Both the position numbers and the translations under genes were made by a program. From NCBI GenBank assembly GCA_963705015.1, contig CAVPIN010000002.1, forward strand, positions 2,207,697-2,271,696: a stretch of DNA of 64,000 bases, read 5' to 3'. Positions 31,503 through 40,999 of this stretch are shown here, piece by piece. Each line of letters starts with the position of its first letter. Within the stretch, counting starts at the first letter, position 1. This DNA comes from Terriglobia bacterium. GTDB lineage: Bacteria; Acidobacteriota; Terriglobia; Acidiferrales; UBA7541. The notes beneath the pieces are model-generated. The model ran no database searches. It was not told the origin of the DNA and saw only the letters and a program-made list of their open reading frames with translations.

Positions 31503-33455
31503 TCATGGGTGGGTGGATTCCTCTTTCTTGTCGTACTCGAGCCAGTATCGATCCTCCGTGGGTCCCACATCCAGCTTCAGCGATGAATTGCGCAAAGCGG
31601 CTTGTAGCTTTGCATCTTTTTGGGGATCGACCCACCACAGAGTGTAGATGCTGTAGTAGTCGCCAGTTCGCGTCAGATATCCCGGCGGGGCCCCGAGCTT
31701 ATTCCAAAAGATCACGCGAGTGTAAGGAGCATCCCACAACAAAATGTACTGATATGAATTCGCCAGGATTCCATCCATTTCACGAACAGCGCGAATTCGC
31801 TCTTCCAAGTTGAACATTTTATCGTACGCTGCAAGAAGTTCGTCGACCCGGGCGTTCTTGAAACCTGTGATGTTGCTAGTGTTGTTCACGTCAGCTAGTG
31901 TGGAGTGAAATTGCGATTCGAGGTCGGGAAAAATCGATCCGGTCCAGGCAATGATGGCCATCTGAAAGTGCCGTTCGTTTAACATCTGAAACTGGGTCTC
32001 CGGAGTAATCAGGCGAAGATTCAGGGTAATCCCAACCTTACGCAGGTCCTCCTGGTACACGGTTAAGTGCGGCTCGAACGTCTTGGTGTCGTAAAGCAGT
32101 TCTATCTGAAGAGGGTTGCCGCCCTTCACTAGTCTCCCCTGGCTGTCGCGGCTGTTCCAACCAGCGTCGGCGAGCAATTTTAGCGCGCCCTGCGGGTCGT
32201 AGTCGTTTTTGGGATTGTCTGGATTTTCGTATGGGGTGCCCGAGTTGTAGGAATTCTGCGGGACGTACTGATTAAACATGATTTTCTCCAGCAGCGTCGG
32301 GCGGTCCAAGAGCAGGGTGAGAGCCTTGCGAACACGAAGATCATCCAATGGCGCTACTCTCGTGTTCAAAGCTAAGCCCTCGACACCTTGAGGATAGTTA
32401 TTAAAGATTTTTCGCTTCTGAATGAGTCCCCGTTGGATATTGTCGAAGTCCAGGTCCTCTACCCATTGTCGAGCCCGCGCCACAGGGAAGACATCCAATT
32501 CCCCTTTCTTGAACTTCTCAAAAGCGAGGTTTTCATCGCGTACCACGCTGAAACGCAGCTCGTCAAAATTGTTCATTCCAACATTGGCTCGGGCCTTCTC
32601 CGCCCAATAATCCTTACGGCGACGAACTGTGATGGACTGACCTTTCGTAACATCTGATTCAAGAATAATGTAGGGACCGCTACCAGGCAGGAGTTTGAAG
32701 TTGTATTCCTTGAGGTATTTGTCGCCATTGAAGGTCTTCAGAATGTGCGCCGGCAATATGAACATACCGGAGAAATAGAGGAACGTCCGCCAGTTGACTT
32801 GCTTGCTCTGCACTCGAATGATGTACTTGCTTTCAGCAACCGGCCGATTGAGCTTCCCAAAGATGAGTTGATTCGACGGAGACTGCAACGTCTTATCCAT
32901 CCTGAAGTCGTAAGAAGCAACGACATCTTCGCTGGTAACAGGCGTGCCATCTGAAAATCGAGCGTTGGGATTAATGCGAAATCGATATGTCATTTTATCT
33001 GGCGAGATCTGCCAGTGTGTGGCCAGCGCCGGCATGTACTTGAGCGACGTGGGGTGCAGGATCAAAAGACTCTCATATGCGGAGCCCTCAACATATTGAT
33101 TAAAGACTGTATTCGATTCCGGCCCTTCCAATCGAAGAGTGCCCGGGAAATCCGGAATTTGGTCTCGCAACACGCCGCCCTTGATTGCGCGTGGGTCTCC
33201 GATGAAATCAAAATCCGTATTCGTTTCCCACCCTTTTCCGGCAAAGCCCTTTCCTCCCTGCTCCGCGGAAACCGCAGGATCGGCGCCCGCGTCGGCGTCC
33301 GGAAAAACCGGATAGTCCGCTTTGTTCATGGATACCGGGCCGGAGGGCGCGGCGGGGGATGTTGCCTCGGGGCCAGGCGCTGGATTCGAACTTCCGCCAC
33401 AGCCGGTGATTCCCAGAGCCAGGACTGTGATCAGGACTGGTAATTTCATTTTCAT
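31503..33455 (-). CDS. Family-5 extracellular solute-binding lipoprotein, YejA-like
   Basis: Start trimmed to MKMKLPVLITVLALGITGCGG (lipobox; GGAGAG SD). The 773-aa track ORF is an artefact that reads through the tRNA-Pro gene. The body shows an SBP_bac_5-like pattern. Confidence 0.85.
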   Translation of the reverse strand: MKMKLPVLITVLALGITGCGGSSNPAPGPEATSPAAPSGPVSMNKADYPVFPDADAGADPAVSAEQGGKGFAGKGWETNTDFDFIGDPRAIKGGVLRDQIPDFPGTLRLEGPESNTVFNQYVEGSAYESLLILHPTSLKYMPALATHWQISPDKMTYRFRINPNARFSDGTPVTSEDVVASYDFRMDKTLQSPSNQLIFGKLNRPVAESKYIIRVQSKQVNWRTFLYFSGMFILPAHILKTFNGDKYLKEYNFKLLPGSGPYIILESDVTKGQSITVRRRKDYWAEKARANVGMNNFDELRFSVVRDENLAFEKFKKGELDVFPVARARQWVEDLDFDNIQRGLIQKRKIFNNYPQGVEGLALNTRVAPLDDLRVRKALTLLLDRPTLLEKIMFNQYVPQNSYNSGTPYENPDNPKNDYDPQGALKLLADAGWNSRDSQGRLVKGGNPLQIELLYDTKTFEPHLTVYQEDLRKVGITLNLRLITPETQFQMLNERHFQMAIIAWTGSIFPDLESQFHSTLADVNNTSNITGFKNARVDELLAAYDKMFNLEERIRAVREMDGILANSYQYILLWDAPYTRVIFWNKLGAPPGYLTRTGDYYSIYTLWWVDPQKDAKLQAALRNSSLKLDVGPTEDRYWLEYDKKEESTHP

Positions 33456-33634
33456 TGTGGATCTCTCCGCGAAAGAAAAGGGTACATCATTTTTGGGTGC
33501 GTTGTCGTTCGCCAAAATTCTCTTCGCCTGTGATTTCAACACCCTGCGGGGTTGCCGTCGGCAGACGAAACGCGATGGCACATCCACATGTTCGATGGCC
33601 TCGAACTCCGAGTAGGCAAGTTTCTTAGTTTTTA

Positions 33635-33712
33635 TGGTCGGGGCGAGTGGATTTGAACCACCGGCCTCCTGGTCCCGAACCAGGCGCGCTAGCCAGGCTG
33701 CGCTACGCCCCG
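33635..33712 (-). tRNA. tRNA-Pro (anticodon CGG)
   Basis: The reverse strand reads CGGGGCGTAGCGCAGCCTGGCTAGCGCGCCTGGTTCGGGACCAGGAGGCCGGTGGTTCAAATCCACTCGCCCCGACCA. It has a 7-bp acceptor stem CGGGGCG/CGCCCCG, anticodon stem CCTGG/CCAGG with loop TTCGGGA, T-arm GGTTCAAATCC and an encoded CCA. Confidence 0.93.
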
Positions 33713-33804
33713 ACAGCAGACATTCAGGCGCGGAAACAATGGCCCGAATGGAAGATTCAGAATAGCATAGCACGATGCCCGGACCTAGAGCATGAGGCCA
33801 CGCA

Positions 33805-35262
33805 GTGGGAATTGAATTCAGCAAATTAAAACAGCTGGACGACTATCGCTGGCTCGTGCCGCGTTCGCAAAAGCCCGGCATGCGCACCGACGCCCTGATC
33901 TACGCCGACCACGCGCTGATGGAGCAAATCGTCCTGGACCTCTCCATCGAGCAGGCCATGAATGTGGCGTTTCTGCCCGGAATTGTGGGCCGGTCGCTGG
34001 CCATGCCGGATATTCACCAGGGTTACGGGTTTCCCATCGGCGGCGTGGCGGCTACGGACGTGGCCAGCGGCGTGGTATCGCCGGGCGGCGTGGGATTCGA
34101 CATCAACTGCGGCGTGCGGTTGCTGGCGACTTCCCTGACGCGCGAAGACGTGACGCCGTTACTGCGCGAATTGGTGAATCAACTCTTCCGCGATGTTCCT
34201 TCCGGCGCAGGTTCCCAGGGACCGCTGCCGCTGGATTACGCAGAACTCGCCCATGTGCTCGAAAAAGGCGCGCCTTCGATGGTGGAGCGCGGCGTTGGCG
34301 AAGCGGCGGACGTGGAATTTTGCGAGGAAACCGGGTGTCTTGCCGGCGCCGATCCGAATCAAGTTTCCGATCGCGCCAAGCAGCGCGGGCGCGCGCAGCT
34401 TGGAACGCTTGGCAGCGGGAATCATTTCCTCGAAGTGCAATATGTCGAGAAAATCTATGAGCCGGAGATTGCCGCGCGATTCGGCCTGCTGCAAAACCAG
34501 GTCGTCGTGCTGATTCATTGCGGCTCGCGAGGACTCGGCCACCAGGTCTGCACAGACTTCTTGAAGCGGATGGACCCGGCAATGCGCAAGCATGGAATCA
34601 CTATGCCGGACCGTCAGCTCGCCTGCGTGCCTATTGATTCCTCAGAAGGTGAGGAATACCTGGCGGCCATGGCCGCGGCGGCGAATTTTGCGTGGGCCAA
34701 TCGCCAGGCGATCACGCATGCGGTGCGCGGAGCATTCACAAAAATATTTGGTAGGGGAACGACGCTGCGCGTGGTGTACGACGTAGCGCACAACATTGCG
34801 AAGCGCGAGCGGCATCACGTTGGCAACCGCGACCATTCACGCGAGGTGGACGTGCTGGTGCATCGCAAAGGCGCGACGCGCTCGTTCGCAGCGGGCTCCG
34901 CGGATATCCCGCATGAATACCGCGACGCCGGGCAGCCCGTGCTGATTCCGGGATCGATGGGCACGGCGAGCTACGTGCTCGTCGGGATCGCGGGCGCGAT
35001 GCAGGAAACGTTCGGGACCGTGTGCCACGGCGCCGGCCGCGCGATGTCGCGCACCGCGGCAAAAAAGGGACGCGACGCCAGAATCGAAACGCAGAAACTT
35101 GCGGACCGCGGCATCATTCTGCGCTCGGAAACGCGGGACGGAGTTCTCGAGGAAATTCCCGAGGCCTACAAGGACGTCGACGCAGTCGTCAACGTGGTGC
35201 ATCAGGCCGGCCTGGCGCGGCGTGTCGCGCGGCTGCGTCCTATGGGCGTGGTGAAGGGATGA
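33805..35262 (+). CDS. rtcB: RNA 3'-phosphate ligase RtcB
   Basis: GTG start. PDIHQGYGFPIGGVAA, GGVGFDINCGVRLL, GSGNHFLEVQ, HCGSRGLGHQV and IPGSMGTASYVL are all characteristic RtcB motifs. Confidence 0.93.
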   Translation: MGIEFSKLKQLDDYRWLVPRSQKPGMRTDALIYADHALMEQIVLDLSIEQAMNVAFLPGIVGRSLAMPDIHQGYGFPIGGVAATDVASGVVSPGGVGFDINCGVRLLATSLTREDVTPLLRELVNQLFRDVPSGAGSQGPLPLDYAELAHVLEKGAPSMVERGVGEAADVEFCEETGCLAGADPNQVSDRAKQRGRAQLGTLGSGNHFLEVQYVEKIYEPEIAARFGLLQNQVVVLIHCGSRGLGHQVCTDFLKRMDPAMRKHGITMPDRQLACVPIDSSEGEEYLAAMAAAANFAWANRQAITHAVRGAFTKIFGRGTTLRVVYDVAHNIAKRERHHVGNRDHSREVDVLVHRKGATRSFAAGSADIPHEYRDAGQPVLIPGSMGTASYVLVGIAGAMQETFGTVCHGAGRAMSRTAAKKGRDARIETQKLADRGIILRSETRDGVLEEIPEAYKDVDAVVNVVHQAGLARRVARLRPMGVVKG

Positions 35263-35368
35263 GCGCAAACGCTGTGTTATATTGAATCTCGAGCAAGAAT
35301 TGTCTCAATCCGAGCAAGCGATACGCGATGATAGAGAGGAACACGAACCTTCGTTCGTGCACAACCAG

Positions 35369-35824
35369 ATGGCACTGATCGAACGCATCCAGAAAGATCT
35401 GACCACAGCGATGATGTCCAAGGACGAGCTGCGCCTCAGCGTGCTGCGCATGGTCAAGTCCGCGCTCAAATACAAAGAAGTTGAAAAAGTCCGTCCTCTC
35501 GATGATGCGGAATCGCTACAGGTACTGCAGACGCTGCTCAAACAAAGGCGCGAATCGGTCGAGCAGTTTGCAAAGGGCGGCCGCCAGGACCTTGTGGACA
35601 AAGAGACCAAGGAAATCGCCATCCTCGAAGTGTACATGCCGGCGGCGCCCTCCGACACCGAACTGAACGCAGCGATCGAAGGCGCTATTGTCGAGACCGG
35701 CGCGAATTCTCCCAAGGCCATGGGCGCGGTGATCAAGGCTGCCAAGGCGCATCTCGAAGGTAAAACGGTAGATGGCAAGGTACTGTCCGATCGCGTGAGA
35801 GAACGTCTTTCCAAGATGAGTTAG
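35369..35824 (+). CDS. GatB/YqeY domain protein
   Basis: MALIERIQKDLTTAMMSKDELRLSVLRMVKSALKYKEVEK...LLKQRRESVEQFAKGGRQDLVDKETKEIAILEVYMP matches the YqeY family. The track ORF starts at a TTG at 35282, an alternative longer start. Confidence 0.82.
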   Translation: MALIERIQKDLTTAMMSKDELRLSVLRMVKSALKYKEVEKVRPLDDAESLQVLQTLLKQRRESVEQFAKGGRQDLVDKETKEIAILEVYMPAAPSDTELNAAIEGAIVETGANSPKAMGAVIKAAKAHLEGKTVDGKVLSDRVRERLSKMS

Positions 35825-35881
35825 GGCGGAAGATTAGAGGCCAACACCAAAGCTTTAGACAGAGTAAGAGATAATTAAGCA

Positions 35882-36268
35882 ATGTCGCAATATTCGAAGA
35901 ACTGCCCCGCTTGTAGCGCGATCATCCGCCCTTCCGAACTTCCATATAGATATAAAGATGTTGGCTTTCCTTGTCCCTCTTGCGGCGAGCGGCTGACGTA
36001 TGACAATCCCAATTCGGTGGCAATCTGGGTGAGTAGCATTCTGATAGCAATCGTTGTCACATTACATCTCGGGTACCGGGATGCGATGTTCATTCTTATT
36101 GCCCCGTGTGCAACATTGCTTTTAGGATTCTTGGGACACTTTTTCGTGGGGATCTTGTTTCCACCCCCATTAAAACGAGTCGAAAGCAAAGGTAAACCCT
36201 TTGATAACGCAGTGTCTTTGCATTTGACCGAGAGATCCGAAAGTGACAAGAAGACCAAGTTGTCATGA
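35882..36268 (+). CDS. Small zinc-ribbon membrane protein (hypothetical)
   Basis: CPAC..(17 aa)..CPSC zinc-ribbon pairs, followed by two hydrophobic segments (AIWVSSILIAIVVTL, ILIAPCATLLLGFLGHFFVGILF). Locally lower GC. Confidence 0.55.
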   Translation: MSQYSKNCPACSAIIRPSELPYRYKDVGFPCPSCGERLTYDNPNSVAIWVSSILIAIVVTLHLGYRDAMFILIAPCATLLLGFLGHFFVGILFPPPLKRVESKGKPFDNAVSLHLTERSESDKKTKLS

Positions 36269-36388
36269 TCGTGTTGTAACTTGCACCGCGTTACGTTATT
36301 CCTCGATTCACCCGACTATGCTCGTTGATTGCGGAGACTTTTTGTTCTCATATCGACTTTTGAGTCATTCTCCGCGTATCCTCCCCTG

Positions 36389-37039
36389 ATGCCATTGCCC
36401 GAAACGATTTCTGTCCGCTACACCGACGAAGAAGCCGGATACGTCACCGTGCGTCCGGTGGTGCGGCAAACGTTTCGGCTGAACGAACTCCTCGACATGG
36501 TCCTCAGCGTTGCGGGGAAAGATGTAACCCGCGTCAAGCAACTCCTCCATTCCGGGACAGTCGTTTATCATTTCTTTCGCTACTCGTGGACGGGGTTTGA
36601 CGCGGACGATGCGGAACTCGCCGCTGCCCTGGCGAAATTTCCGGACGCCGATCCTGCGCGCCCGTTCGCGCCCGAGCTATGTTCCCTGGCCTTGGTGGAA
36701 TCGGGTGGCGTAAATCCGAGGCACATCCTTGAACTGCATCGCGCTGCTGGATCGAAGCGCCGGATCTTTCGCGGACAAAGTTTCTGGGAGCGCCTGCTGG
36801 AAATTGCGGTCGCTGAAAAATTGCACTACCACGGCTATTCTTACGGGCGCCGCGCGGATCTTTACCGCCTGGATCTCGATGGCGAGAATGTTTACCTGAT
36901 TGAACAGGCCGCAGAGCGTTTGGCGCCGGCAAATTTGCTCGCCGCGTTGAGCGCGCTGCATCAGGCCTCGTCGATCCTCTTCGTCTGCCCACGGCCCCAA
37001 AATACACCGCCCAGCCAACCATCGCCGTCAAATGACTGA
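36389..37039 (+). CDS. Hypothetical protein
   Basis: ORF of 216 aa from MPLPETISVRY (the track ORF begins at 36329). Composition looks coding. No family recognised. Confidence 0.55.
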   Translation: MPLPETISVRYTDEEAGYVTVRPVVRQTFRLNELLDMVLSVAGKDVTRVKQLLHSGTVVYHFFRYSWTGFDADDAELAAALAKFPDADPARPFAPELCSLALVESGGVNPRHILELHRAAGSKRRIFRGQSFWERLLEIAVAEKLHYHGYSYGRRADLYRLDLDGENVYLIEQAAERLAPANLLAALSALHQASSILFVCPRPQNTPPSQPSPSND

Positions 37040-37124
37040 TTGGGCGTATCGAAAAACTAGAGTGACCTTCCCTATCCTGCTATCGGCGCGTAAAATCTGA
37101 GCGCATGTGAAATGGAGGCCTCCA

Positions 37125-37673
37125 ATGAAACGCATGGCCCTGTTTGTTCTTGGTGTGACGCTGCTTACGACCAACGCGTTGGCCCAGGCACCGGACGACG
37201 CCATCGCCAAGCCCCTGTCAGCCCTCCCGGCGAATTTGCGCGGCGGAGCAGGAGTCATTAAGTGGAAGCCAGACTTTACCTATGAAACATTGAAGCCAAG
37301 CAAGAACCGTTTTGTCTGCTACGACCGGTCGGGCTTCCCGGAGCAGCAGCCGTTCTCGATTGAATGCACCAGCATCGGCAACGTGGACCGCGAAGCTCAG
37401 AATCTGAAGTTCGAGGCGGTAGGCGATAGGAACAAGACACAGGCGATGATCGATGCCGCGGAAAAGGACGGAACCCGAGTGAAGCCCGAGTACGGGTCGA
37501 TGTGGTACCACCTGGCGGGCACCGACCGCGAGCACGCTCGACCGCTCTTGACCATCGCCGTGCCGGGCGCCACCAGCCAATCCATCGGACTACCTGACAA
37601 CCCCAAGCAAGGTAGCGCGTGGATCATGAATGCGGGCACGACGACGGCTCACATCATGATGCCGGGAGATTAG
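37125..37673 (+). CDS. Secreted hypothetical protein
   Basis: GGAGG 6 nt before the ATG. Signal peptide MKRMALFVLGVTLLTTNALAQA. No family recognised. Confidence 0.65.
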   Translation: MKRMALFVLGVTLLTTNALAQAPDDAIAKPLSALPANLRGGAGVIKWKPDFTYETLKPSKNRFVCYDRSGFPEQQPFSIECTSIGNVDREAQNLKFEAVGDRNKTQAMIDAAEKDGTRVKPEYGSMWYHLAGTDREHARPLLTIAVPGATSQSIGLPDNPKQGSAWIMNAGTTTAHIMMPGD

Positions 37674-37842
37674 ACGAAAAAGGGTCCTGTGATGCTGGAT
37701 CGTCTTGAAAAGACTTGAAGACTTATCGGTCGCCGCCTTTCTGCCATTTTCTCGTTCTGGGCCATATTCCGGCAACCCCGTTTCACAGATGGGTACGGTA
37801 ATATATTCAGCGATGATCCGTGCGATAAACACAACGCGCGAG

Positions 37843-38829
37843 ATGCCCACTATGGATATTTACTGGCTCCCATTCAAGGTGTTGTCATCACTGTTTGGGA
37901 TCGTCCTTTATCTCTCGATCTTCGTCGGGATCGGATTTTCAAAGAATGCGCAAACGCAAAAATCGGCGTTAGCCGTTCCACCAACAGTTAATTCCACGTA
38001 TACGGTCACGCATCCGACAGACGGTAAGATGACCGTCCCAAAGACGTTTCATCTTTCCGAAGAGAATGGACGGCTTATTCAACATGAAATCACGACTGAC
38101 CAATACGCGACTGATGACTCGGTAGAGTTAGCAAAAGTGAGCCGCGTGCAAGTCTTCGCCTTCCCGCCTATCAACCCCGCGAAGACTGTGGTTGCTATTG
38201 ACAGCTTCGGCAGCCACCGGGTGATTTGGGAATTTCGGACGGAGGCTGAAGCTCGGACGCTGGCTGAATACGTGGTTAGCAAAGCCAGTGCGCCCCTAGA
38301 GCTAGTTGCAGGTGTCTGGCGAGTCCGCAAGTCTTTCCAATGCCCACAAGGATCGTATCCTGGGTGCGACGGTTTTAAGCAACTGCTTGAGAATGAGAAC
38401 CCCGCGATTATCGCGTGGTTCTATCACAGTGAACAGCCCCAGCCCGATCACGATCATGTTAATGCCTGCTTCAGTGATTCTGAGCACAATTTCTTCATAC
38501 TGTATTACGGTGACGGCGGAACATTCGGAGTATTGCGCCAAGAGATTTATAGAGACGGACAACTTTACCGCGTAAACGTCGGCTACATCCAATCGGCTGG
38601 AACCGGTGCAGGACGGATTACAAGGGATATGTTCCTCCTAAAGCCCAGTCAAAAGGAAAAAATCAAAGGGTCAATAAATCCGACGGACCTGTCCTTCGAT
38701 ACGAAATTCAGCGATAAAACGAATGCCACCACGGAATATACCGTGACTGTTGAATTGTCCACGGGCCAATATAAAGAACACCTCTCTGGCAAAGGCGACT
38801 CTACCGGCCTGTGTGTCAAGTTGCACTAG
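37843..38829 (+). CDS. Membrane-anchored hypothetical protein
   Basis: N-terminal TM segment VLSSLFGIVLYLSIFVGIGF, then a roughly 290-aa soluble domain. Lower-GC segment. Start uncertain (37705, 37843 or 37852). Confidence 0.55.
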   Translation: MPTMDIYWLPFKVLSSLFGIVLYLSIFVGIGFSKNAQTQKSALAVPPTVNSTYTVTHPTDGKMTVPKTFHLSEENGRLIQHEITTDQYATDDSVELAKVSRVQVFAFPPINPAKTVVAIDSFGSHRVIWEFRTEAEARTLAEYVVSKASAPLELVAGVWRVRKSFQCPQGSYPGCDGFKQLLENENPAIIAWFYHSEQPQPDHDHVNACFSDSEHNFFILYYGDGGTFGVLRQEIYRDGQLYRVNVGYIQSAGTGAGRITRDMFLLKPSQKEKIKGSINPTDLSFDTKFSDKTNATTEYTVTVELSTGQYKEHLSGKGDSTGLCVKLH

Positions 38830-38934
38830 GTCTTCTTTCAGCGCTTGTGAAGTCGGCTTACCGGAAACTGGCTTTTTGAATCACGGCCGCACTCCGAGAA
38901 CGCCGTGCATCATTCGGAATCGCATTTTCTTTGG

Positions 38935-40230
38935 TCAGACCACCGGGTCGCCGTGTATTTCCACTTCACTCATTTCCACGCCGCACGCTTCGGGCAACGG
39001 CAGCCGCCCGGTCCAGTTGGCCCATCCCCAGAAGATCGCCGTGGACGAACTCAGCAATCCCGCGACAACGCCAATGGTTCGAGGACTGTAGTGCGTTGAG
39101 GCGATCCCCGCTCCCATCATCGACAACATCATCATCGTCCACGTAAGCGTTTCGATCGTCGAAAAGACGCGCCCTCGATACTGGTCCGAAACGGTCTTGA
39201 GCAGGTACGAGTAGTTCAGGACTGAACTAACAGCCATTGCGGCGCGCGACACGAGGATAAATAACAGCGCCAGTTCGAACCGTTGCATCCGGCTGAACAG
39301 CACGTACGCCCCTCCGTGCACGATATAGTCGATAAAGACCGCCAGTTTGTAATTCGCAAAGGACAGCCGTCTGCCCAGCCAGTTTGCAAATGTGCCGCCG
39401 AGAAGAAGGCCAATACCGGCGCATCCCCAAATCGTGCCGATGCCGGCGGCCCCGCGATTAAATACAACTTCGCCAAAGAGCGTAAACAGAATTTGTGCCG
39501 CGCCTCCTCCTGTAGCCCATCCCACTGCGAGTAACGCAATCGCAAGAACGAGCGGAACGGAACGCATATACCGCAGTCCTTCGCGATATTCATGCCACGG
39601 ACGGATAACCTCCGTCTCCGTCAGGTCCCTATGTTCCGCGCGGAACTGCTTGCCTTTCGGCGGCCTCAAATTCCAGATCGCCCACGCCGAAAATAAGAAC
39701 GAAAGCGCGTTGAACGCGAACGCCCATTCATAGCCAATGCCGACCACCGTTGCGCCCAGAAATGTCCCAATCGTCAGGTTGGTCCATTGGGTCGTCTGCG
39801 TCAGCGAATTCGCGGTATGGAGTTCCTCCTTGTTCGCGATGGTCGGAAGAATTGCGGAGCGCCCGGCGGTGAAAAAGGGCGAGGCCACCATCAGCAGTGC
39901 GCTGAACACGTAAAGCAGCCACACCTGATGTTGCCGCAGGGCCAGGATAAATCCCAGCGCCACAACTGCGCGCATCAGATCGCTGGCGATCATGATTCGC
40001 TTGCGGTCAAACCTGTCGAGCAGCACGCCTGCCAGCGGCCCAATGGTGATCGCGGGAATCGCGCGGGACAGCATGACGCCCATGATGACCAATCCGGAAT
40101 GCGTCAGCTCCATCGCCAGCGCGAACACGGCGATATTGTTGAAGTTGTCGCCGATCTCGCTCACTACCTGACCCATCCAGGTGTAGCGATAATTGCGGTT
40201 GTGGCGAAGCAGTTCGAGAAATTCGCGCAT
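38935..40230 (-). CDS. MFS transporter (MFS_3/EntS-like)
   Basis: 431 aa. N-terminus LLRHNRNYRYTWMGQVVSEIGDNF and LLDRFDRKRIM are typical of this MFS subfamily. About 12 hydrophobic segments. Confidence 0.85.
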   Translation of the reverse strand: MREFLELLRHNRNYRYTWMGQVVSEIGDNFNNIAVFALAMELTHSGLVIMGVMLSRAIPAITIGPLAGVLLDRFDRKRIMIASDLMRAVVALGFILALRQHQVWLLYVFSALLMVASPFFTAGRSAILPTIANKEELHTANSLTQTTQWTNLTIGTFLGATVVGIGYEWAFAFNALSFLFSAWAIWNLRPPKGKQFRAEHRDLTETEVIRPWHEYREGLRYMRSVPLVLAIALLAVGWATGGGAAQILFTLFGEVVFNRGAAGIGTIWGCAGIGLLLGGTFANWLGRRLSFANYKLAVFIDYIVHGGAYVLFSRMQRFELALLFILVSRAAMAVSSVLNYSYLLKTVSDQYRGRVFSTIETLTWTMMMLSMMGAGIASTHYSPRTIGVVAGLLSSSTAIFWGWANWTGRLPLPEACGVEMSEVEIHGDPVV

Positions 40231-40999
40231 CAGTTCATGCGGCTTTCTCCGCCGGATTGTTTCCGTGGCGAGTGTTGGATGAAGAGGTGAGCCTCATGAG
40301 CGCCCATGTCTGAAAGTTTGACACACTTCCCATCACTGCACACCTTCTAGTGGCGCAAGTTGTAATTAACACAAATTCACTCGGAAACGATCCGGTTGGA
40401 CGTATCACGCGCTAATCGTACATATGAAATGTATCGTCGGTGTCCAGAAGTCCGGTTCGCGGAAACTGGTCCTTACTCAAGGGAGCTTTGGCCAAATTCC
40501 GATAACCCCGGTGATCAGGCCCAAACCTGTGATGGCACGCTACATCGCTGGCGATGTGCGTTCATGACGGTCCCCAGATCACCACGATTTTGTCTCCAGT
40601 GTCCCTGATTCTAGGTTGAGGCTAGGTCTGCGATTCGGAAGGCAGGCTGTTGATGCTTCGCAGAATGTGCTCGGCGTCTCGGACCGCTTCGGATATCACG
40701 GTCTCACGCGCCGGAGAATCGAAACTATCCAGCTGCGATGCCAGCCGCGGCGCAGCCAGAATTGATGCGGCAATCAGCAATGCGTGCACATGTGTGTTTT
40801 CCATAGGGCCGAGTCTAGCATGAGCCGCGTGGCATCTTTCCGATTCCCCGAATAGCCACTTTCCGAGCACGTCGCTTATCAGGGCTTGGCCATGGTATGG
40901 CGCTTCGATTGAGCACCTGAGAGAAATGTATCAAGACTGGTGGTTGGAGGAGAGCCACAATCCTCAAATGAGGACCACGTTGAGATTCTTCGGGTGGGG

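Noticed and set aside
33456-33824. N-terminal 123 codons of the 773-aa track ORF (31503-33824)
   Set aside because: The extension reads straight through the tRNA-Pro gene (..AWLARLVRDQEAGGSNPLAPT..). A canonical lipoprotein start with an SD exists at 33455.
40622-40870. 82-aa minus-strand ORF (possible 60-aa product from MENTHVHALL..)
   Set aside because: No SD, no family resemblance, and it sits in a spacer with several overlapping artefactual ORFs. Insufficient support to call.
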